From the NCBI GenBank assembly GCA_963796835.1, contig CAWCND010000011.1, forward strand, positions 6,086 to 70,085: a stretch of DNA of 64,000 nucleotides, given 5' to 3'. The notes beneath the pieces are model-generated. The model searched no databases. It was given only the letters and a program-made list of their open reading frames with translations, and was not told the DNA's origin. Source of the stretch: Candidatus Aminicenantes bacterium. GTDB taxonomy: Bacteria > Acidobacteriota > Aminicenantia > Aminicenantales > Saccharicenantaceae. The translations under genes were made by a program, and so were the position numbers. Positions 52,745 to 60,502 of the stretch are shown in pieces; positions within the stretch are counted from its first letter, which is position 1; the number at the start of each line of letters is the position of its first letter.

Positions 52745-54319
52745 TCAGCGGAGGCGGTAGAGGGAGAAGAACTCGTTCTCCTTCAAAAGCTGGATTTCCA
52801 GAGGGTACTGGCTCATGAGCGGCCGCAGGTCCTGCCCCGCGTACTGATGGTTGTGGAGGAGGAGGATCCATTTCGCCCGGAAGGCGTTCCGGATGATATC
52901 CGGGAGCCTGCCGAGAACGGCGCCCGATTCAATTTCGGCGCGCACCCTGGCGATCTCCGGGTCGGGGGCGCGGGCCTCGATAGCCCTGATGAGCGGCAGG
53001 ACGTTTTCCCTGACCTGCCCGGTGTTGATGCCTTTCCAGAGCGTGTAAAGCCCCGGATAGGGCACGGACATTGTTTGCGGGTCCAGCATCATCAGATAGT
53101 CAACCTTGTCCGAGATGTAGAACATCGGTGGCGTTATGGCCCAGCTGTCGGTGTAGACGATGTCGCCAGGGCTCGCCTCCCTGTCGAGGACGTCCATGAC
53201 CTCCTTCAGGGCGTCGAACGGCACGATGGAATTCGTCTGCTTGTAGGCCAGCTTGACGGCGAAGGCCCCGACGGTGAGCAGGGCCGCGGCGCAGGCGAGA
53301 GACCCCGCCTTTTTCATCACCCGGCCGAAGACCGGGCCGGGAACGACGACTTCGCTGGCGAGCGCAGCGAGGGCGAGGGTCGCGACGAACGGCCAGTATT
53401 CGGCGAACCGGTAGGCCCGCATGAGCATGACGAAGAAGACGCCGGCCGTGATGAACAGGAAGAGAGTTCGCGCAGAAAGCTTCTTCGCCGAGACGAAGAC
53501 GGCCGCGACCGCCATGAAAAGGGCCAGGAAGCTGAACCAGTTGAAGGTCAGCACCTGCCAGCTCGAGAGGGGCATCAGCTCCGCGGGAGGGGCGGACACC
53601 CTGGACAGGGCCGTTTTGAATGTCAGGATGTAAAGATGCTTGATATCGTGCGGGAAATAGGGATTGATGACCAGGCCCGCGACCAGCCCGCCGAGGGAAA
53701 ATGCGAAGGGCCGCCACACCAGACGCTTAGAGCTGAATGAGAAAACGACGCTGGCGACAAACGCCACGACCGTCAGAAGGTGCGGCGCGGAATAGGAATA
53801 GGCATAGGCGAAGGAGACAGCGCCCAGAAGCCACCATTTCTTCTTCAGGATCGCCCAGATTCCGGCGAGCAGAATCAGGATAGAAAGGACGTGGGGCCGG
53901 ACGAAGACCAGCCTCTGGTAAGCCTGGCTCGAGGCCATGGCCGCGAGGAGCACCATGCCCAGCCAGGCCCATTTGGGGTCGAAGGTCCTGAGGATCCTGA
54001 AGACCATGACGGCGATGAGGCCGATGAGGACGAGCATGCCCAGCTTGACGGCGACGATAGGGCTCAGCGGCAGCAGCTTGACCCAGAGACCGAGATAGAC
54101 ATGGAAGAGAAGATAGGAGTCCATGAAATGGTCCCGCTGGAACGTGAAGTACATCCAGGGAAATTCGTGGATAAGGCCCTTTTCGAGAACCATCCGGGCC
54201 ATCTTGGCGTGATAGTAGCTGTCGAATTCGAGAAGGTCACGGGAGTGGAAATAGAGGGGAGAAAAGACGCCGACGGCAACGAGGAAAATGGCCAGGGAGG
54301 CGAGGGCAGGCTTTTTCAT
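52745..54319 (-). CDS. Polytopic membrane protein, GT-C-fold glycosyltransferase-like
   Basis: EFDSYYH after TM1, RPH, INPY, RFAEY; about 11 TM helices plus a soluble C-terminal domain. Confidence 0.65.
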   Translation of the reverse strand: MKKPALASLAIFLVAVGVFSPLYFHSRDLLEFDSYYHAKMARMVLEKGLIHEFPWMYFTFQRDHFMDSYLLFHVYLGLWVKLLPLSPIVAVKLGMLVLIGLIAVMVFRILRTFDPKWAWLGMVLLAAMASSQAYQRLVFVRPHVLSILILLAGIWAILKKKWWLLGAVSFAYAYSYSAPHLLTVVAFVASVVFSFSSKRLVWRPFAFSLGGLVAGLVINPYFPHDIKHLYILTFKTALSRVSAPPAELMPLSSWQVLTFNWFSFLALFMAVAAVFVSAKKLSARTLFLFITAGVFFVMLMRAYRFAEYWPFVATLALAALASEVVVPGPVFGRVMKKAGSLACAAALLTVGAFAVKLAYKQTNSIVPFDALKEVMDVLDREASPGDIVYTDSWAITPPMFYISDKVDYLMMLDPQTMSVPYPGLYTLWKGINTGQVRENVLPLIRAIEARAPDPEIARVRAEIESGAVLGRLPDIIRNAFRAKWILLLHNHQYAGQDLRPLMSQYPLEIQLLKENEFFSLYRLR

Positions 54320-54379
54320 TCGGAAGTATGATAGCCAAAAATGGAAGTCAGAACAACCCTCACGTGGAGTTCCTTCCGG

Positions 54380-55226
54380 TCAACGCGGGCCGCCCGGGGG
54401 CACGGCTGCTCCCGGCGGCTTCTCAGGCGAGGAGGGCTTCCCCGCCACGGCGACGGTCAGGTAACCGTATTTTTCCGCAAGGCCCGGCCGCCGCATGAGC
54501 CGGCGGAAGGGACGGGTCAGAAGAGAGGTGAGCGCGCAGGCCCATCGGCAGTGCAGCCACAGGTACAGGTCGAGGAACCGCAGCATCCAGGGAAGGAACA
54601 AGATTCCGTCCCGGCCCACAACCTTCAGGCCGGATTCTTCCGCCTGCTGGCACAGCGTCTCGATGGAATACCATCGTTCCAGGCCATAGGGATAGACGCC
54701 CAGTTTCTGCATCAACAGCGAGGCCTTGGCGAATAGGAACGGATCCTCCGTGCTCGGCACGCCGATGATCGCGATTCCGTCCGGCTTGAGGACTCTGACG
54801 ATCTCGGCTAAAGCCGCCGGCGGACTGACAAGGTGTTCGATCGTCCCCATGGTATAGACGAAATCAAAGCTCGTCGTTCAAGAAGGGGATTCGCGCCGCG
54901 TCCGCGATGGCGATCTCGATCGGGATTTGGAGGACTCTGCTCCTCGACCGGGCCTTGGCCGCCGTCGTCTGGGCGATGTCGATCCCGAAGCAAGCGGCCC
55001 CCTGCCGTTCGGCCCAAAACAGGATCTCCGTATTTTGGGCTTCGTTCCAAAGATCCAGCTTGAGGAGCGTCTTTCCGCGCAAGTCGCCGAAATGCTTCGC
55101 CATCAGCCGCTCCTCGTTCTCGAGATACAGGCGGGTCGTCGGCGAGCCGAAAAAAGAGCGCGGGTAGATCAGCCCCAGATGGTTCCAGAACTCGGGCCCG
55201 TAGTCAGGATGCGGCGTCTTGGACAT
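54380..55226 (-). CDS. Class I SAM-dependent methyltransferase (frameshift near 54870)
   Basis: LKLDLWNEA, GIDI, ADAARIPF, MGTIEH, EIVRVLKPDG. Confidence 0.8.
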
Positions 55227-56502
55227 GGCCCTGATTATTCTCGATGGGGGACAATGGGTCGACGTTTCCTGTTTCCCGGAGGACGTACGAGCGGGGTATC
55301 GATCCCGCATAGTCCGAGGCCCGGGACAGCGAATAAGCTCCGGCGTCCAAGAAGACCAGAACGTGGCCGGCCCGCAATTCCGGGAGCTTCACGCCCGCGG
55401 CGAGGACGTCCATGGTGTTCAGCGTGCTGCCAGAGATGAACCGTGGACGCAGGCCGCGATCCGTCGCTTCCCTCGCGGGAAGGATGGCCCGGTTCGCGAC
55501 CAGCATCGACTCCGGGAGCGCATTGTGGGTCGCGTCCACGAACACCCATCGCTTTCGCACGGCCAGGACCCGGGTGATGAGCAGGCCGGCTTGGCCGATC
55601 AGGCCGCGCCCCGGCTCGATCCGGAAGGCCGGACGAACCGAAAACGGGTATCGCTCCGTCTCGCGCCGGAAGGATTCCGCGGTCCGCGCGAGCTGAGACT
55701 CCAGCACTCCCGTGTCTTCAGGCACGCCGGACTCGCGGGAGAGCGGATTCAGCCTCTGCCAGACGGAACCCAGCTGGGTCCCGGAAGGCCAACCCCCTCC
55801 CAACGTGAGCTCCCGGACATGAGTTTCCGCGGAATCCAATTGTGCGGACAGCCTCATCAGGAGTTTGACGGCGCGCCGGTATTTCTTCGGCCCTGTGACC
55901 TGTGTGCCCAGATGCAGGCTGAAGCCGGAGGGCTGGAGGCCGTGATAGTCGGAGATGCGCCGGTAAAGACCCGCGGCCTCGCTCCAGGGAACTCCCAACC
56001 GTTTCGCATACCACCCCACCCAGCCCCTGCGCCACCAGGCGCCGGGCGCGCGGAGTCGGATCGAGACCCGGATCTCTTTCCGGAGCTCGTCCGCGATCCG
56101 GCCCAGCAGGTCCAGTTCTTCGCCGGAATAGACATGGAACAATCTCACGCCGCGGGACACCGCCCTGTCCAGAGCGGGCCGTGTTTTGCAGTGGGTGTGG
56201 AAAGAAACCTGGTGCGGCTCAAAACCCGCGTCCAAGGCCAGGTCCAATTCCCGGCTGCAGGTGACCATCACGCCCAGTCCCGGCATCCTCATCATCCGCA
56301 GGATGCCGGGCTCGTCATTGGTTTTCACACAGAAGTCGACCGACGTTTCCGGGAGGATCGAAGACAGGGCACCCTTGATGCGCGAGAAATTCATTCGGAC
56401 CCGCCGTTCACTGAACAGGAAGAACGGCGTGGGCAGATCCTCGGCAAGCCGATTCAGACAACGATCGTCACAATAGAGTTCATGGTCCCTGTACGTCAGC
56501 AC
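55204..56502 (-). CDS. Fold-type III PLP decarboxylase, diaminopimelate decarboxylase-like (divergent)
   Basis: TPFF, CVKTN (PLP lysine), HLGTQ, LGGG, EPGR, AGAY. Confidence 0.8.
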   Translation of the reverse strand: MLTYRDHELYCDDRCLNRLAEDLPTPFFLFSERRVRMNFSRIKGALSSILPETSVDFCVKTNDEPGILRMMRMPGLGVMVTCSRELDLALDAGFEPHQVSFHTHCKTRPALDRAVSRGVRLFHVYSGEELDLLGRIADELRKEIRVSIRLRAPGAWWRRGWVGWYAKRLGVPWSEAAGLYRRISDYHGLQPSGFSLHLGTQVTGPKKYRRAVKLLMRLSAQLDSAETHVRELTLGGGWPSGTQLGSVWQRLNPLSRESGVPEDTGVLESQLARTAESFRRETERYPFSVRPAFRIEPGRGLIGQAGLLITRVLAVRKRWVFVDATHNALPESMLVANRAILPAREATDRGLRPRFISGSTLNTMDVLAAGVKLPELRAGHVLVFLDAGAYSLSRASDYAGSIPRSYVLRETGNVDPLSPIENNQGHVQDAAS

Positions 56503-56699
56503 AGCTCCGTTCTCCTCCCCTTCGCTGGTTCAACGCGGAAGCATCGATAATGGATGGGAATTTCCTTTCATTGCTCGGGATGAAAGCGCCAACTTCGGTC
56601 TCAGAATCGATCCTTTCACACAAAATAAGGATATCCCGAGCAGAGGTAGGGGTCAAGGACTCTGAATGGGGAGAGGAGGATCGCCGGCACACGGATTAG

Positions 56700-56973
56700 T
56701 GACCTGCCTCCCTCATAGGCGTCCAGCCCCTTGATAAGATTCTGCTGGATTGAGGGAGTATGTTGAGTCTGATATCGGGAAGCTCCGGGATGAGCTTCTC
56801 AAAGGCGAGGCGCTGGACACGTTGGCGGAAGCGAAGGTCCTTGTCGAGGGCTGGCGGAGGGGATACAATCGCTCTATGCCGCATAACTTCTTAGGCAATA
56901 GGCTGCCGACCCCGGAGGCATATATGGCTAAAAAATTCATTCAAGGGCTGGTCCATTGATCGGGGGCGGGTCA
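56700..56973 (+). mobile_element. Internally deleted IS3-family element (274 bp) retaining both inverted repeats
   Basis: Left TGACCTGCCTCCC...CCAGCCCCTTGA; right TCAAGGGCTGG...GGGGGCGGGTCA; encloses KLRDELL...WRRGYN...PHNFLG, the integrase-core C-terminus. Confidence 0.8.
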
Positions 56974-57006
56974 GGGGCATCATCGAACGTCGAGGACGCA
57001 GGACTC

Positions 57007-58017
57007 ATGACCTTAAGCCCCCATCCCAAAATCGCCGTGATCGGAGCCGGCGCTGTCGGCAGCCTGATCGGCGGCCTGCTGGCGCGCGCCGGAGAAGACG
57101 TGACGCTCGTTGCCCGACCAGCGCACGCTGAAGCCATCCGGGCGAAAGGCCTGCGCATCGAGGGCATTCTGGGTGAGCTGACCGTCGTGGTCAAGGCCGC
57201 CGAAGCTCTGGACTTCCGGCCGGACCTGGCGCTGCTGGCCGTCAAAACCCAGGACGTCGAAAGCGCCTGCCGTCCGATCAGCGCCTATCTGCGCGAGGCG
57301 GCGGTCGTCACGCTGCAAAACGGAGTGAGGAGCGACGAAATCGTCGCTTCTCTGCTGCCGAGGGAAAACATCGTGAGCGGGGTGGTGATGCTCAATGCCC
57401 AGTTCTTGAAGCCTGGAGAGATCACCTACGCGCGAGGCGGCTTTCTCGTGATCGGCGAACCCTTCGGCCCGAACGGGCAGCGGGTCAAAGATATCCAGGC
57501 GCTGCTCCGGCGCGCCATTCGGACGGAGATCAGCAGCGACATCCGGGGCGCCCACTGGACCAAGCTGCTCTTGAACAGTCTGGCCAACGGCCTCGAAGCC
57601 ATGACGGGCTTGAGCGTCAGAGAATGCTTGCATCATCCCGGGCTGAGAAAGATCGCCGTGCTAACGCTCAAAGAGGGGTACCGGGCGGTGAAAAGGGTGG
57701 GCCTTCACCCGGCGCCGCTCCCGGGAATTCCCGTCCTGGCGTTGACCCTCATCGTCCGCTCGCCTTTGCCCGTGGCCGCCTGGGTGCTGAGCCGGTCCGT
57801 GGGCTCCCTGAAGACGCTCGGCTCTACCTTGCAGAGCCTGCGCCGTGGCCGGCCCACGGAAATCGACTATCTGAACGGGGAGATCGTCAGGCTGGGCCTT
57901 GCCGCGGGCATGGCCACTCCCTACAATTCCAAAGTGGTGGACTTCGTGGGCCGGGTGGAGAAGAGCCGCCGGTTCTACACGCCCGCCGAACTGGTCAGCC
58001 GTTTCTCTTCAAGCTAG
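57007..58017 (+). CDS. panE: 2-dehydropantoate 2-reductase family protein
   Basis: GAGAVG, LAVK, LQNG, WTKLLLN, STLQS, TEIDYLNG. Confidence 0.85.
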   Translation: MTLSPHPKIAVIGAGAVGSLIGGLLARAGEDVTLVARPAHAEAIRAKGLRIEGILGELTVVVKAAEALDFRPDLALLAVKTQDVESACRPISAYLREAAVVTLQNGVRSDEIVASLLPRENIVSGVVMLNAQFLKPGEITYARGGFLVIGEPFGPNGQRVKDIQALLRRAIRTEISSDIRGAHWTKLLLNSLANGLEAMTGLSVRECLHHPGLRKIAVLTLKEGYRAVKRVGLHPAPLPGIPVLALTLIVRSPLPVAAWVLSRSVGSLKTLGSTLQSLRRGRPTEIDYLNGEIVRLGLAAGMATPYNSKVVDFVGRVEKSRRFYTPAELVSRFSSS

Positions 58018-58041
58018 CCTGGACGTGATCGCAGCGGCCGC

Positions 58042-58155
58042 TCAGAACTTGTCCTTGATGATGGACGCGGCCTGAACCGCACCGAAGGCCTCGAAGGCTT
58101 CCTTCAGGTCCTGCTCGGTGGCGGTCCGGGAAATGTTTCCAACGTAGATTTTCAT
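58042..58155 (-). pseudogene. 5' fragment of an RRM RNA-binding protein gene (37 aa)
   Basis: MKIYVGNISRTATEQDLKEAFEAFGAVQAASIIKDKF*, with a ribosome-binding site; stops before RNP1. Confidence 0.8.
58044..58128. repeat. 85-bp direct repeat, copy A (copy B at 60247-60331)
   Basis: 83/85 identical by inspection. Confidence 0.9.
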
Positions 58156-58424
58156 ACATTTCTCCTTAAAATGTGCCCTTGCCCTGGACCAGGGCCCTTT
58201 GGGCCCAAGCCCGTCCCACCGAATAAAAGGAGAGGAGTCTGTCCGACCGATACCGATGCAGGGCCCGCGCCCCTTTCCTTTTAATTATATTTGCGGTTAG
58301 CGGACACGAGAGTTCTTTTAGACTGCCCGCCAGTTGCAAGCCCCGAACGTTGGCAGCAATGTTAGAAACGTTATGATATATTACCTTTGCAAGGTAAATC
58401 ATTTAATAATTAAAACCGTATGTT

Positions 58425-58993
58425 ATGAAAAAAACAAATCATGTAAATGTCAAAGAGATGAATTTTGATCAATTATTTAAACAAATTTCTCCGGAAGAGA
58501 TATGCGACAATGTATTTACGTTGGTAGGAAAAGATTTTTTCGTTATTACTGCGGGCAAGGAAGATCATTATAATTCCATGATAGGCAGTGGGGGTGGTTT
58601 GGGGCTTCTTTTCAAAAAACCCACTACTTGGTGTATTCTTCGAGCAGACCGTTATACGCTTGAAATGATTCAAAAAGAGCAAACATATACGCTGTCTTAC
58701 TTCCCGAATGAATATAAGGAACAAATACTCTTTTTGGGAAGTAAATCAGGAAGAGATAGTGAGAAAATGAAGGAAGTTGAATTGACAAGTGTTCAAACTC
58801 CTTCCGGAGATATGTCTTTCAAAGAAGCCAGACTAATTATTGAATGTAAATTAACGGCAACTTACTACCGCCAATCCCAATGATTTTTACACACAAGAAG
58901 CTAAAGACGCTATAAACGAAGCTTACAAAGAAGCAAACTGATTATCGCAAATATGTATTTGGGGAAATCACCCATGTTTGGGTAAAGAAATAA
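58425..58993 (+). CDS. Low-GC flavin reductase-like protein (frameshifts near the 3' end)
   Basis: VITAG..YNSM, RYT, LGSKSGRD, FKEARLIIECK; distal YVFGEITHVW; markedly AT-rich. Confidence 0.8.
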
Positions 58994-58995
58994 AG

Positions 58996-59245
58996 GATAG
59001 GAATTTCCTTTTTCCGTACGGCATGAAGGCGCCGGCTCCGGACCCAGAATCAGCCCTTCCCATCAAGAAATGAGGATATCGCGGCCGTGGGTAAGAGTCA
59101 ACCCCTCGAGTCCCCGGCATGAATGCCGGGAGCTTAGCGTCGGCGAACGGGTCAACAATTCAAGATCCGGCAGCCCGAGGCCTATGGCGGGCGGATTGTC
59201 GGCCAGCCCAGGAAGCGGCCAAACGAGGCTAGGCCTCCCCGCCCT
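58996..59245 (-). mobile_element. Putative IS91-like element end, copy 1
   Basis: Follows the transposase remnant; ends AAAAAGGAAATTCCTATC on the minus strand; homologous to 59763-59941. Confidence 0.6.
59102..59155. mobile_element. 54-bp hairpin miniature element, copy 2
   Basis: Present after GAGTCAA here and absent at the paralogous site 59839-59845; ends in GGGTCAA. Confidence 0.75.
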
Positions 59246-59258
59246 TGGCATTATCCGC

Positions 59259-59402
59259 TAGCAGGTCCATGTCATAGACTTTCCGGATCATCTCGGCCCA
59301 GCCCTTGGAGGGAACGCGCGGCAACTCCTCCTCGATCATTCTCAGGGCGACAGGGACACGGCTCGCTTTCCTGACCTTCCCCCGGAGGGCATTGGCGTAG
59401 AC
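59259..59402 (-). pseudogene. IS91-family transposase C-terminal remnant
   Basis: Translates to YANALRGKVRK...KGWAEMIRKVYDMDLL, matching the W-A-x-x-I-x-K-V-Y-E-x-D-P-L pattern of IS91-like transposases. Confidence 0.7.
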
Positions 59403-59415
59403 TGGTGCTGTTGCT

Positions 59416-59742
59416 CTATTTCCTGAATTGCCACCATTTCTTATCTTTTACTCCAAGTTTACGGGCAAACGCATTCAAAATAGGGATGGCTTCTTTAAGT
59501 TCTTTCTTCATTAAATAGCGTAACAGCTCTGTTCCTCCCGGTCTTCCTTTCGAAGGAAATACAACAGCAAGAGCATCTGACCACTCTGAACGTAATTGGT
59601 AGTCCGGAACATCGATACGTGCAATTTCATGTGCTTCCTTCAATTTTTCGAATGTCCATTCACCACATTCATCGAGGAATTTCAATGCCCGCTTATAATT
59701 CTCCACGGTATTCTTAGCTTTAAGACCAGCTTCGTTTTCCAT
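59416..59742 (-). CDS. Low-GC hypothetical protein ending KKWWQFRK
   Basis: AGGAGGAG ribosome-binding site, 108 aa, AT-rich. Confidence 0.7.
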   Translation of the reverse strand: MENEAGLKAKNTVENYKRALKFLDECGEWTFEKLKEAHEIARIDVPDYQLRSEWSDALAVVFPSKGRPGGTELLRYLMKKELKEAIPILNAFARKLGVKDKKWWQFRK

Positions 59743-59762
59743 TATTCTCCTCCTTTATTTAT

Positions 59763-59941
59763 GATGGAATTTCTTTTTGCCCCGGGTTCGGAATCAACCG
59801 TTCCCATCACAAAATGAGGATATCCCGGCCGTAGGCAAGAGTCAAGAACTCGAAATCCGGCAGCCTAGGAGGCTGCGGCGAGGGGATTTTCGGCCTCCTC
59901 ATCCCAGAAAGCGGCTAAACGCGGCCAGGCCCCTCCCCCCT
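59763..59941 (-). mobile_element. Putative IS91-like element end, copy 2, with outward promoter TTGACT-N17-TATCCT
   Basis: Diverged direct repeat of 58996-59245; promoter boxes at 59845-59817 on the minus strand. Confidence 0.6.
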
Positions 59942-59950
59942 GATCAACCG

Positions 59951-60331
59951 CTATTCGTACTCCCCGACCGTCTCGGCTGCACTCGTGGTGCCCCTCACAC
60001 TTCCCCATGAGTACAGGCCGAAGCGGCGGCCTTGCAGTCCTCGTGGTTTACCATGAGGGCCGCCGCCGAAGCCGCCCCTGCCGCCGCCGCCGCCACCGCT
60101 CGTGCGGGGACGGTCCGTGCGGGGACGGGCTTCGTTGACCGTCAGGCTGCGACCCTTGAGGTCCTTGCCTTTCAGTCCGGAAATGGCCTTGTCGGCCTCT
60201 TCCTTGTTCGGTATCTCAACGAAGCCGAAGCCACGCGACTCACCAGAGAACTTGTCCTTGATGATCGACGCGGTCTGAACCGCACCGAAGGCCTCGAAGG
60301 CTTCCTTCAGGTCCTGCTCGGTGGCGGTCCG
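59951..60331 (-). pseudogene. RRM RNA-binding protein gene lacking its 5' end (no RNP2 or native start)
   Basis: RTATEQDL...RGFGFVEI...VNEARP...GGGGRGG; the upstream sequence is unrelated and AT-rich. Confidence 0.8.
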
Positions 60332-60442
60332 CACGCCATTTGTGACTACTTTTATCATCCTTATGTTCGACAGTCGTAGCACGATAAAATACATATTGAA
60401 AACTCTCGTTGGCGCCGCCAAGGCGCAGCGCCCGAAAGCAGC

Positions 60443-60475
60443 CTATTGACAATAGTCCTCGGAAATTACTAATAT
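60443..60475 (+). promoter_or_regulatory. Putative promoter with a palindrome over the -35 box
   Basis: TTGACA-N18-TAATAT; CTATTG-A-CAATAG palindrome at 60443-60455. Confidence 0.45.
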
Positions 60476-60502
60476 CGGGGCAATCCGTGGAGGGGATTCA
60501 TC

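Noticed and set aside
59951-60421. 156-aa ORF as an intact RRM protein with a novel N-terminus
   Set aside because: The N-terminal part comes from unrelated AT-rich sequence, lacks RNP2 and has no clear ribosome-binding site; treated as a truncated gene.
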